DNA from: Paludibacteraceae bacterium
GTDB lineage: Bacteria; Bacteroidota; Bacteroidia; Bacteroidales; Paludibacteraceae
Reading direction: 5' to 3'
NCBI GenBank assembly: GCA_045600985.1
Contig: JAZRYY010000037.1
Coordinates: 23,031-87,030, forward strand
Length of the DNA stretch: 64,000 nt
The notes under the pieces are model-generated. The model saw only the letters and a program-made list of their open reading frames with translations, made no database searches and had not been told where the DNA came from. Positions 19,506 to 28,207 of the stretch are shown here, in pieces. Position 1 is the first letter of the stretch; every line of letters starts with the position of its first letter. The position numbers were made by a program, and so were the translations under genes.

Positions 19506-20618
19506 TTATTCAACCATTACGCCCAGTAGGGTATAGAGATGGCCAGCTTTTCTAATGAGGAGTTGGCCATTTTTGTATATCAGCTGGCCTTGCTCTTCTG
19601 CCTGCGCATTCTCCAGGCCGGCGCCGGGGTCTTTCTTGGCTGTATAGGCTGCGTACGCTGCACTGGCGTCAGGAATGCCATAGCCGATTTGGGCATTGGG
19701 CGTGGCATATGAAGAAGCCGTTTCTATCACCAATTGGCGCAGCTCAGCTGCCGTAAGATCGGGCATGGCCTGCCATAAGCACGCCATCATGCCGGCCACT
19801 TCCGGCGTGGAGAAAGAAGTGCCATTGCCATACATGAGCGCTCCAACGAATGTGCCGGTAGAGTCTTGCAGGGATGGATTGAAAATCACGGTGGATTGTC
19901 CCCAAGCCGATAATTCGGGTTTTTGTCGGCCGTCTTTTGATGGGCCCCAGGAGGAGAAAGAGGCGGGAATACTGTCTTTCGTTACGGCGCCGATGGTGAG
20001 AATATCCAAGGCGTCTGCAGGCGTGGTGATATAATGCCATGCGCTATTGCCTTCGTTGCCGGCTGAGGTGCATATAAGGCGATTATGCCGGGCAGTTTCT
20101 GTGGCAGCAAGGGCGCAGGGCGATGTGCCGTCCATATCTGCATAGGTATAGTTCTGTAGTGTATCGTCGAATTGATAGTAACCCAGCGAGAGAGTTATGA
20201 TGTCGGCTCCCAACGAGTCGGCCAGATGAAGTGCGCGCACAAGGCGATGTACCTCACGAATATCTTCTTTCGATGTCTCTTCCGAACGAATCAGAATATA
20301 GTTGGCATCCGGAGCTGTTCCTATCCATTGCGGATGGCTATAGAGCATCGTGCTCAGGCACATCGTGCCGTGCCTGTCGCCGGGGACTTCAAACATGCTC
20401 ATGGTGTCCAGGATAGCCGTGTTGCCCTTCAGATAATCTTCCCTCACGAGATCGTATTCGCCAATAATATGGTCTTGTGGAAACACGCTTGGATCGTTGG
20501 CACGAAAGAAGCCGCCATCAATAATGGCGATAGTGATGCCTTCTCCTCGAAAACCTGCTTCATGCAAAGGCCCGAGATTGAAAAGCTGCGATACGATGGT
20601 AAGAAACGTGAGGAACAT
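19506..20618 (-). CDS. S8 family (subtilisin-like) serine peptidase with sorting tail
   Basis: Catalytic triad contexts IAIIDGGF, DRHGTMCLS, GTSFSTPEVAGMMA. Tail KNGQLLIRKAGHLYTLLGVMVE. The N-terminus is unusually short with a weak signal peptide. Confidence 0.75.
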   Translation of the reverse strand: MFLTFLTIVSQLFNLGPLHEAGFRGEGITIAIIDGGFFRANDPSVFPQDHIIGEYDLVREDYLKGNTAILDTMSMFEVPGDRHGTMCLSTMLYSHPQWIGTAPDANYILIRSEETSKEDIREVHRLVRALHLADSLGADIITLSLGYYQFDDTLQNYTYADMDGTSPCALAATETARHNRLICTSAGNEGNSAWHYITTPADALDILTIGAVTKDSIPASFSSWGPSKDGRQKPELSAWGQSTVIFNPSLQDSTGTFVGALMYGNGTSFSTPEVAGMMACLWQAMPDLTAAELRQLVIETASSYATPNAQIGYGIPDASAAYAAYTAKKDPGAGLENAQAEEQGQLIYKNGQLLIRKAGHLYTLLGVMVE

Positions 20619-20688
20619 AATGTCAGGCTGTTGTTTGTATTATGGGGTGTTCCAATAATTGCGTTTTGAATGATTTTTAGAACGCCCC

Positions 20689-22122
20689 TTATCTCTTTTT
20701 CAGCAGAACAACGTTCTCCACGTGTTGGGTATGTGGGAACATGTCCACGGGTTGCACTTTCACAACCTGATAAGCGGCATCGAGCATGGCCAAATCGCGA
20801 GCCTGGGTGGCTGGATTGCAGCTGACGTACACGATTCGTTCCGGAGCAGCAAAGAGGATGGTGTCGATCACGTCTTCTGCCATTCCGGCGCGAGGAGGGT
20901 CGGTAATGATAATGTCAGGACGACCATATTTCTCTACGAAAGCCTGATTGAGCACTTTGCTCATGTCGCCTGCGAAGAAGAGCGTGTTGCTGAGTTTATT
21001 GAATGCGGCATTCAGTTTGGCATCCTCAATCGCTTCTGGCACATATTCAATACCAATCACCTGGCGTGCCTGCTTGGCCACAAATTGCGCAATCGTGCCC
21101 GTGCCGGTGTAGAGGTCATATACCAAAGGCTTTTCGTTTTTGCTTTCTTCCATGTCGCAGAAAGCAAATTCGCGGGCCACTTTGTAGAGCTCGTATGCCT
21201 GCTCGGTATTGGTTTGATAGAATGATTTGGGGCCAACCTTGAAATGGAGATCTTCCATCTCTTCGATGATATGGTCGTTGCCGAAATATACGTGAATATC
21301 GAGATCGCCAATCGTATCGTTGAATTTCTCGTTCAGCACCCAGATAAGAGCTGTTACTTCCGGAAATTCCTGATGCAATACCTTGAGCAAAGCATCGCGA
21401 TCGGATGGCCTGTCCTCTGCAAAAGAGAGGGTCAGCATAACCTCGTTTTTCAGATTATTGCGCAAGATTACGGAACGCAGGAAGCCTGTATGGCTGTGCT
21501 CATTGTAGAATGTGAGGCCGTGCGTTTTGGCGTAGTCGCGGATGAAATTGCGGATGCGATTATTGATAGGGTGCATCAAATGGCATTCCTCAATATCAAG
21601 CACTTTATCAAAGGCGCCCGTGGTGTGGAAGCCGATGCCATAGTCTTTATCTACCTTATCAATACCGCCAGCGGCGTTGATTACGTCCCAACTGAGCCAT
21701 TTCTTATCGGAGCAGGAGAATTCTAGCTTGTTGCGATATTCATATACGTTCTTTGAACCCAGAATAGGACTTATTTCCGGCAGTTCAATCTTGCCAATTC
21801 GGCGCAGATTATCTTCAATCTGCTGCTGCTTATATTTGAGTTGCTCCTCGTAGGGGAGAATCTGCCATTTGCAACCGCCGCACTCGCCATAGTGCTTGCA
21901 GCGTGCAGGAATACGCTTTTCCGACGGACGTACAATACGAACCGCCTCGCCTTCCATGTAGGAGTGCTTTTTCTTGCGTATCTGCAAATCAACCACGTCA
22001 CCCGGCACCACGTATGGCACGAAGCAGACGCAATCGTTGATGCGCGTCAAAGCTTTTCCTTCGGCTGCTACGCCGGTTATTTCAACAGCCTCAAAAAGAG
22101 GAAGATTTTTCTTTTTTCCCAT
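20689..22122 (-). CDS. rlmD: 23S rRNA (uracil-C5)-methyltransferase RlmD/RumA family
   Basis: N-terminal TRAM-like region, Cys cluster CKHYGECGGCKWQ, SAM motif DLYTGTGTIAQ, catalytic VSCNPATQARD. Confidence 0.85.
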   Translation of the reverse strand: MGKKKNLPLFEAVEITGVAAEGKALTRINDCVCFVPYVVPGDVVDLQIRKKKHSYMEGEAVRIVRPSEKRIPARCKHYGECGGCKWQILPYEEQLKYKQQQIEDNLRRIGKIELPEISPILGSKNVYEYRNKLEFSCSDKKWLSWDVINAAGGIDKVDKDYGIGFHTTGAFDKVLDIEECHLMHPINNRIRNFIRDYAKTHGLTFYNEHSHTGFLRSVILRNNLKNEVMLTLSFAEDRPSDRDALLKVLHQEFPEVTALIWVLNEKFNDTIGDLDIHVYFGNDHIIEEMEDLHFKVGPKSFYQTNTEQAYELYKVAREFAFCDMEESKNEKPLVYDLYTGTGTIAQFVAKQARQVIGIEYVPEAIEDAKLNAAFNKLSNTLFFAGDMSKVLNQAFVEKYGRPDIIITDPPRAGMAEDVIDTILFAAPERIVYVSCNPATQARDLAMLDAAYQVVKVQPVDMFPHTQHVENVVLLKKR

Positions 22123-22138
22123 TTCGTTAAAATAGAGT

Positions 22139-22161
22139 GAATCCTAAAAATAGTACATTTC
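22139..22161 (+). repeat. Copy of the AT-rich AATCYTAAAAA-GTACATTT motif
   Basis: gaatcctaaaaatagtacatttc resembles the copies at 27511, 27618, 42871(-) and 42975(-). Confidence 0.5.
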
Positions 22162-22179
22162 AGAAAGAATCAAAAATGA

Positions 22180-25104
22180 TTATTTCAGATAGTCAATAAT
22201 GGTTTGATAAAAGCCATCGAAATCGGTAAGTGATTCGAGGCAGAAACCGAAAATGAGTTGCTTGCAGTTGTCCTCATAGGCCACGCCGGCACCAACGCTG
22301 GAATCTGCGTAGCGGACGAATGTGCGAGCTTTATCGCCGGCAGGTTTGATGCCATTGGGACGTTCGCAAGGAATGATAGCCTCATTTGGCGTAGTTATCA
22401 ATTGGAGGTCAGTACGTGGCTTGAGCACCTGGATGCTGCCATTATGCGAAGCATAGTCGGCCGAGAAGGTGTAGTGGAGATATTTCTTCGTCCAAGCCTT
22501 GGCTTCCTTGCCGGCCATCTCTTCTCCGATGTATGAACCCGCCAGAAGCAGATTGCCGTGGTATTTCTCCAAAGCAGAGCGGAGATTCTGCGGGAAGCAG
22601 GTGTATTTCGTCTGCACCTTCTCCGTGCCAATCGTCATCTCTTTCTGCTTGCCAAGGATAACGTCCACGAATGTCCATCCATCGCCAATCTCGTCCAATG
22701 CCTCCACACTGGTGGATACATAGGAATAATTGGCTTTGGCGAGTGCGCGTCCGTGCAGAGCAGGGTAGTCGAACGTGTTGCCGATCGGGCTGATGTTGCG
22801 GCCATCATTATAGCTGGTGCCGAAGCCGCAGTTGTCGTCGCTCTGCCATTCCAAGGCGCGAGTGAATTCAAATTGTTCGCCAATATAGCTTACCTCGTGG
22901 CCATAGCCGATGCCGTAATGGTTGGGTTTGAAGCCGGCGAGCGTGGAATCTTTGCTCTCGAAATGTTCAGGGGCACTCACGCGAGTGAAACCGTTGATAA
23001 TCAACACCTTGCCGGCCTCATTGGAAGCTTTGCGGGCTGAGAGTACCTCGCTTGGGAATGATTGGCCACCATCATTCACGGCACATACTTTGAAATCGTA
23101 TTGCTTGTCGTTCTCGATCTTCATCGTACAAGTTGGACCTTTCACGAGTTTGCCATTATCCCAGTCGCTGTTCTCCACGCGAGTGTAAACCACATAGGCA
23201 GAAGGTGTGGCTGTTTCTTCCAGAGAATCCACGCGTGCCTGCCAACTCAGTTCCACCTGATTGCCTTCTCCAAATGCCAAGGCAAAATGGCTGACTGGCA
23301 ATGGTTGCACCACGTATGGCGTGCCATATTGCTCGTGGAGGAAGCGCAGCATGCCTTTATAGATCGCACGGCTCACAACGAAGCGGAAACTTGGATCCAG
23401 ACCATATTTCATGTCGGCAAAGTTCTGATGGCTGAGGAACTCGAGCAAAACGGTTGGCGTTTTGGGATTTCGTGATTCTGCATACGAAGAGTTATGCAAG
23501 CGTCGGCGAGTCCATTCCGGAGCAAACGTGGCACGCACGTCATTCACGAGTTGGGTTTGCATATAATCGGCGTAGTCGCGGTTGATGATGCGGCTTGCGC
23601 CACTTGGAAGATCTTTCTTCTTCTCGTCGTCGTAGTCGGTATAAATAATCAGCGTACCCACGATATCATTCCAAGGCGTGGTTCCGGCATCGGTGTGGAA
23701 AGCAAGGCCCAGTTCCAAAGGAATACCCAGGCCCGGACCTTCCGGATAGGCGGCACTACCGCCCATCACATAGTTCATCCAGCGTCCGCGAGCGGCATAA
23801 TCGTCGGTATAGTCGTTTTTGCCCTCGGTGTAGTTGTAAACGGAATCGGGAATGCCGGTGTATTGCATCCAATAGCGTGCACCTTCAATCCAGCGAGGCA
23901 CGCCACTCGTGAAGGAGAAATCGCGCACTTCGTCGCGGGTAGGGTATACCATCGGCTGTGCGTTTTGCTTATTCTTCTTGGCATTCTGGCTGCCATTCTC
24001 TTTGGCGGAAGGTACATTCTCCAAAAGATCTTTCTGCGCATAGCGGGCCACGCTGCCCATGCCGCCGCCAAAACGTACGGCGTCGCTGGTAATCACCTTG
24101 CCACTCTTTCCGCTGGTGAGTACTTCCACGTAGTTCTCGTCGGGGTTGGTGCCAAAATCAAAGGCATCCACGTATATCCACGTGCTGCCGCCCATCTGCT
24201 GGTTCACTTCGTATTCGGTACGAACACCCTTGTGCACGATGACATATCTGGCAGCATCGGTACTATTGTCAAGCGTCTTATAGCTGATGTATACACCATA
24301 ATGATCTGCTTTTGGGAGCGACGGCGTATAGCGAAGGGCGTTGCCTTTCTTGCATTCTGCATAGGCATAGCCGCCAAAGGTGAACGGATTCTCGCCTTCG
24401 TAGAGCAGGTTGTCTGGAATGGTTCCCCAACCTCCGTCCACTACTGTTACCCAGTCGGCACCTGTGGCTTCCGTATTGTCCACAATCACTTCTTCCGTTT
24501 GGCGATCACGCTCGCGGCACTGGATTACTATGGCTCCTGCGTTTTCCAGCATAGGCACGAGGAAAGGCATGGTGTAGGACGTAGTGTAAAGGTCCTCCAC
24601 GGTGGTGAACATTTTGGCACGTTGCCAAATCCAGCGCTGGTCGGCCTGATAGTAGTATAAACCATGGCTGCCGTATATGGCCAGATGTCTACCATCCAAA
24701 CCCTTCGGGGCAGCATAGGCTTGCGATACGTTCTTCACCAGTGGGTTCACTTCCGGCAATCGGTTCTTATTGCCCTTGCGTGGCTGATGGATGGACGTGA
24801 TCAAATCGCTGATTTCATAGCCATCAGAATAGATGCGCACGCGGCCATTGCTGCCAACGGCTGCTCTCGTGGCGTCGTATAGCGAATCTACCAATGCTGG
24901 CGATAAACTCAAATAGCTGAGCGTGGGATTGGTGTAAACATCAATCTTTCCTCCACTCACTTTCACTTGCGTCACTTTCACCGAACCCACCCATGCGTGA
25001 TGGCTGGTGATGGCAGTAAGGGTGTCTTGCAGGAGCACTTTGTCCACGGAATATGCTTGGAAGGCAATCAGTAGGAAAAGAAGGGAAGAAACCAATTTTT
25101 TCAT
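22180..25104 (-). CDS. Large secreted Amidase_3-like (MurNAc-LAA-like) / FN3-containing protein
   Basis: Start chosen at MKKLVSSLLFLLIAFQAYS (signal peptide). Block LGLAFHTDAG...VLLEFLSHQNFADMKYG...AIYKGMLRFL resembles the amidase_3 fold. FN3-like segment follows. The family name is uncertain. Confidence 0.5.
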   Translation of the reverse strand: MKKLVSSLLFLLIAFQAYSVDKVLLQDTLTAITSHHAWVGSVKVTQVKVSGGKIDVYTNPTLSYLSLSPALVDSLYDATRAAVGSNGRVRIYSDGYEISDLITSIHQPRKGNKNRLPEVNPLVKNVSQAYAAPKGLDGRHLAIYGSHGLYYYQADQRWIWQRAKMFTTVEDLYTTSYTMPFLVPMLENAGAIVIQCRERDRQTEEVIVDNTEATGADWVTVVDGGWGTIPDNLLYEGENPFTFGGYAYAECKKGNALRYTPSLPKADHYGVYISYKTLDNSTDAARYVIVHKGVRTEYEVNQQMGGSTWIYVDAFDFGTNPDENYVEVLTSGKSGKVITSDAVRFGGGMGSVARYAQKDLLENVPSAKENGSQNAKKNKQNAQPMVYPTRDEVRDFSFTSGVPRWIEGARYWMQYTGIPDSVYNYTEGKNDYTDDYAARGRWMNYVMGGSAAYPEGPGLGIPLELGLAFHTDAGTTPWNDIVGTLIIYTDYDDEKKKDLPSGASRIINRDYADYMQTQLVNDVRATFAPEWTRRRLHNSSYAESRNPKTPTVLLEFLSHQNFADMKYGLDPSFRFVVSRAIYKGMLRFLHEQYGTPYVVQPLPVSHFALAFGEGNQVELSWQARVDSLEETATPSAYVVYTRVENSDWDNGKLVKGPTCTMKIENDKQYDFKVCAVNDGGQSFPSEVLSARKASNEAGKVLIINGFTRVSAPEHFESKDSTLAGFKPNHYGIGYGHEVSYIGEQFEFTRALEWQSDDNCGFGTSYNDGRNISPIGNTFDYPALHGRALAKANYSYVSTSVEALDEIGDGWTFVDVILGKQKEMTIGTEKVQTKYTCFPQNLRSALEKYHGNLLLAGSYIGEEMAGKEAKAWTKKYLHYTFSADYASHNGSIQVLKPRTDLQLITTPNEAIIPCERPNGIKPAGDKARTFVRYADSSVGAGVAYEDNCKQLIFGFCLESLTDFDGFYQTIIDYLK

Positions 25105-25207
25105 ATCGCAATAGTTGTTAAAATCATAGAAATGAGGCCTATTTAGCCAAATTACGAGTGCAAAATTACTAAAATTCACGCGTATGCGCAAGAAAATAAG
25201 GAAAAAA

Positions 25208-25239
25208 TTTGCTTATTTCATATATTTGTAGTAACTTTG
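25208..25239 (+). promoter_or_regulatory. Bacteroidota-type promoter for cdd
   Basis: TTTG at 25208-25211 and TAACTTTG at 25232-25239, 20 nt apart, 36 nt upstream of the ATG. Confidence 0.6.
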
Positions 25240-25275
25240 CAAAATAATTTTGAATTTGCATAAGTATACGCACTT

Positions 25276-25770
25276 ATGAGGGATCTTGTCATCAATACCC
25301 GTGCAATCGCCTATAAAGAGGACGAATTGCCAGCTGAAATCCGCGCATTGGTGGAGGAGGCTAAACGCCAAACGAAGAAAAGTTATGCGCCGTATTCTCA
25401 TTTTTCTGTGGGAGCTGCGGCTCGCTTGAAGGATGGCACCATCGTAAAGGGAAGCAATCAGGAGAATGCGGCTTATCCAAGCGGTTTGTGTGCAGAACGC
25501 ACCACGCTTTTCCATGCGCATTCTCAGTATCCCGGCAATCCATGTGAAGCATTGGCCATCGCATGCTATACGGATGGCGCTTTCACGTTCGAACCGGGTT
25601 CACCATGCGGCTCTTGCCGTCAGGTAATGGTGGAGTTTGAGCACGTGGATAAGCAGAAAATGCAGGTGATTCTCTATGGCGCCAATGAAACGTTTGTATT
25701 CGAATCGGCTTCCGATTTGATGCCGTTCACGTTCGTGCCGGAATCTCTTCATAATGGCGTGCAAGGCTAA
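25276..25770 (+). CDS. cdd: Cytidine deaminase
   Basis: Zinc motifs CAERTTLF and PCGSCRQVM. 164 aa. Confidence 0.85.
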   Translation: MRDLVINTRAIAYKEDELPAEIRALVEEAKRQTKKSYAPYSHFSVGAAARLKDGTIVKGSNQENAAYPSGLCAERTTLFHAHSQYPGNPCEALAIACYTDGAFTFEPGSPCGSCRQVMVEFEHVDKQKMQVILYGANETFVFESASDLMPFTFVPESLHNGVQG

Positions 25771-25801
25771 GACCTGGCGACGTAATGGCTAATAAAAACA
25801 G

Positions 25802-27307
25802 GTGAGAATTTTTAAGAAAATAGATCTTTATCTGCTCAGGAATTTTCTTGGGCTGCTGCTCGCTACGTTCTTTATTTGCATTTTCATTCTGCTCATGCAG
25901 TTTGTTTGGATGCACGTGAAGGATCTGGTGGGCAAAGGTGTGGAAGTAAGCGTGCTGGCTGAATTCTTCATCTATGCCGTCGTAACGGTGGTGCCGTTGG
26001 CTCTGCCGCTGGCAATCCTGTTGGCCTCGCTGATCTCGTTTGGTAATCTGGGCGAGAAGTTCGAACTGACGGCCATGAAATCGGCAGGCGTCTCGCTTTT
26101 CCGCATCATGCGTCCGCTCACGCTCTGCGTGGGCATGATCTCCGTGGGAGCTTTTTTCTTTTCCAATAATGTGTTGCCCGTTTCGCAGGTGAAGCTCTGG
26201 GCACTGATTTTCTCCCTTCGCCAGAAATCACCGGAAATGGAAATTCCTGAGGGTGAGTTTTATGATGGCATTCCCGGATTTAATATCTATGTGCGCCATA
26301 AAGATCATAAAACCGGCATGCTCCAGGGCATGATGATCTATGATTACAGCGAAGGTTTTCAGAATGCCAAAGTGATGGTGGCTGATTCGGGAAAAGTGTT
26401 CTTCACGGAAGATAAGCACTATCTTATTTTGGCGCTTTATAGTGGCGAATCGTTTGAGAACATCGATCAGCAGCAACAACGTGCCACCAATTCCCGAGAT
26501 AAGGTACCTTATCGCCGCGAAACATTTGAGTCGAAGCAGATGCTGATTGATTTCTCTACGGAATTTGATCGCTATGATGAATCGGTACTGAATGATCAGC
26601 ATGTTTCCAAAGATGTGGTAAAACTGATTCAGTCGATTGATTCCGTGCAGGAGCTTTCCGATATACGTGGACGAGAGCAGAGCGTGAAGATGATTGATAG
26701 CAAATATATGGGTCGCGATTTCCGTCCGCAGCGGCAGATTGTGCCTATTGAGGAAGAAAAAGTGCAGGACTATCATATTGATTCGCTCTATGCCTCTTTA
26801 GCTGCAAAGAAAAAAGAGCAGGCGCTCCAGATAGCCATTGATAAAGCTCGCTCGCAGCAAGATCAGATGGAATATAACGCCATCATGCTGGATGAATATA
26901 ACCGCTATATCCGCAAGCATGAGGTGGAATTGTATCGCAAGTTTACGTTGGCATTCGCCTGCCTGGTGTTCTTCTTCATTGGAGCTCCATTGGGCGCCAT
27001 TATTCGCAAAGGTGGTTTGGGTGCGCCGGTGGTGATTTCGGTGGTGATGTTTATTATCTATTACATCATCGATAACACCGGCTATAAGATGGCTCGCGAG
27101 GCGTTGTGGCCTGCGTGGGCGGGCATGTGGCTCAGTTCGTTTGTGCTCTTGCCAATCGGCGTTTTTCTTACCTATAAAGCCGCTACCGATTCGGCACTCT
27201 TCAATCCGGAAGCATGGCTGAAGATGTGGGACGATCTGATGAAAAAACTCAAGCCGTACCTCCAGAAACTCCAGGAAAAAGCCATCCAAATGCGAAAAAA
27301 ATCATGA
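25802..27307 (+). CDS. LptF/LptG family (YjgP/YjgQ) permease
   Basis: N-terminus IFKKIDLYLLRNFLGLLLATFFI. Multiple TM segments at both ends with a central periplasmic domain. GTG start. Confidence 0.75.
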   Translation: MRIFKKIDLYLLRNFLGLLLATFFICIFILLMQFVWMHVKDLVGKGVEVSVLAEFFIYAVVTVVPLALPLAILLASLISFGNLGEKFELTAMKSAGVSLFRIMRPLTLCVGMISVGAFFFSNNVLPVSQVKLWALIFSLRQKSPEMEIPEGEFYDGIPGFNIYVRHKDHKTGMLQGMMIYDYSEGFQNAKVMVADSGKVFFTEDKHYLILALYSGESFENIDQQQQRATNSRDKVPYRRETFESKQMLIDFSTEFDRYDESVLNDQHVSKDVVKLIQSIDSVQELSDIRGREQSVKMIDSKYMGRDFRPQRQIVPIEEEKVQDYHIDSLYASLAAKKKEQALQIAIDKARSQQDQMEYNAIMLDEYNRYIRKHEVELYRKFTLAFACLVFFFIGAPLGAIIRKGGLGAPVVISVVMFIIYYIIDNTGYKMAREALWPAWAGMWLSSFVLLPIGVFLTYKAATDSALFNPEAWLKMWDDLMKKLKPYLQKLQEKAIQMRKKS

Positions 27308-27477
27308 TAAACGATAATTACTCGCATGGCGATCGTATCGCCTTTGCGGATTGGCTGAGAGGGGCAGCCTGCTTCCTCGTTATGCTGGTGCACGCCAGCG
27401 AGAATTTCTACGGAGCCGACGATTCGGGTTTGGCTGGCAATATGTCGATGCTTGCCAATGAAGTCATTCACGTCTAA
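27304..27477 (+). pseudogene. Truncated acyltransferase-3 family gene (N-terminal 57 codons only)
   Basis: ATGA overlap with the upstream stop. DRIAFADWLRGAACFLVMLVHASENFY matches the first TM/His region of acyltransferase family 3. The ORF stops after 57 codons and is followed by repeat/promoter DNA. Confidence 0.55.
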
Positions 27478-27510
27478 TTTGCGGTAATTTGCGTTTCAAA
27501 AACACCCCCT

Positions 27511-27536
27511 AAATCTTAAAAATCGTACATTTTTTG
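27511..27536 (+). repeat. AT-rich repeat AAATCTTAAAAATCGTACATTTTTTG
   Basis: First of a pair spaced about 106 bp apart. The same family occurs at 27618, 42871(-), 42975(-) and 22139. Confidence 0.7.
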
Positions 27537-27560
27537 CCCATTTCCCCACACGCAGGTGTT

Positions 27561-27593
27561 GATAAGTCCTAGATAAGTACCTGATAAGTCTCT
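27561..27593. repeat. Stutter repeat (gataagtMc units x3)
   Basis: Reads gataagtcct agataagtacct gataagtctc, between the two AT-rich repeats. Confidence 0.75.
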
Positions 27594-27617
27594 CATCGGT
27601 ATCTCAAAATCCTGCCC

Positions 27618-27640
27618 AATCTTAAAAAAAGTACATTTTT
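27618..27640 (+). repeat. AT-rich repeat AATCTTAAAAAAAGTACATTTTT
   Basis: Second member of the pair. It abuts a promoter-like CTTG...TACCTTTA module. Confidence 0.7.
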
Positions 27641-27672
27641 CTTGCACATTCCAAAAAAATGTAGTACCTTTA
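27641..27672 (+). promoter_or_regulatory. Promoter-like module with no downstream ORF (imperfect -7)
   Basis: cttgcacattccaaaaaaatgtagTACCTTTA is near-identical to the module at 27788-27820, but the -7 box ends in A rather than G. Confidence 0.4.
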
Positions 27673-27787
27673 CGCGGTCCCCTTGTTTAGGTAAGTATAA
27701 TTTTTTATTAAAATGACAAATTTATGCAAGCATAATTTGCATATTCTTAACCCACAAGGGGTACGATCGGCAGAAAAATACGATTTT

Positions 27788-27820
27788 TCTTGCACGTGCC
27801 AAAAAATTGTAGTACCTTTG
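27788..27820 (+). promoter_or_regulatory. Bacteroidota-type promoter for the DUF3784-like gene
   Basis: cttgcacgtgccaaaaaattgtagTACCTTTG, with the -7 TACCTTTG at 27813-27820. Confidence 0.55.
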
Positions 27821-27881
27821 CAGGCGTCATTGGCAAATGAAAGACACATTTTATTAGTAAAAAAACATTATACCATACCTT

Positions 27882-28187
27882 ATGAGTGATATTCCAGTTA
27901 TTCTTGTTTCCGCTATTTCGGTAATTTTGCTTATTTGTGCCATTGTGATTTTGATGGGGAAAGGTGATGGGCTGATAGCAGGCTATAATACCGCCAGCAA
28001 AGAGGAGAAGGAAAAGGCTATCATGCCGCGCCTGCGTATCGTGATTGCTTCCATCCTTGTGTGCGGCATTGGTTATATGATGCTTATGGTGCTCTATCCG
28101 GAGCAGACGACCATCTGGACGGTTGTGTTTGTGACAGTCGTTGTGGTGGGCTTGTTCTTTGCCAACACGTGGGCCAAAAAGAAATGA
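27882..28187 (+). CDS. Small membrane protein, DUF3784-like
   Basis: Two or three TM helices. GKGDGLIAGYNTASKEEKEK loop typical of DUF3784. Confidence 0.6.
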   Translation: MSDIPVILVSAISVILLICAIVILMGKGDGLIAGYNTASKEEKEKAIMPRLRIVIASILVCGIGYMMLMVLYPEQTTIWTVVFVTVVVVGLFFANTWAKKK

Positions 28188-28207
28188 GGTGAAAGGTCCC
28201 AAAAGAA

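Noticed and set aside
25105-25191. N-terminal extension of the 22180 ORF (MRIRVNFSNFALVIWLNRPHFYDFNNYCD).
   Set aside because: The internal MKKLVSSLLFLLIAFQAYS is a proper signal peptide. The extension has no coding character and runs into the divergent cdd promoter region.
27511-27640. The repeat - variable spacer - repeat layout (also at 42871-43000) superficially resembles a tiny CRISPR array.
   Set aside because: There are only two repeats per locus. The repeats are AT-rich and imperfect. The spacer is about 80 bp of internally repetitive DNA. No cas genes or leader are present in the window.
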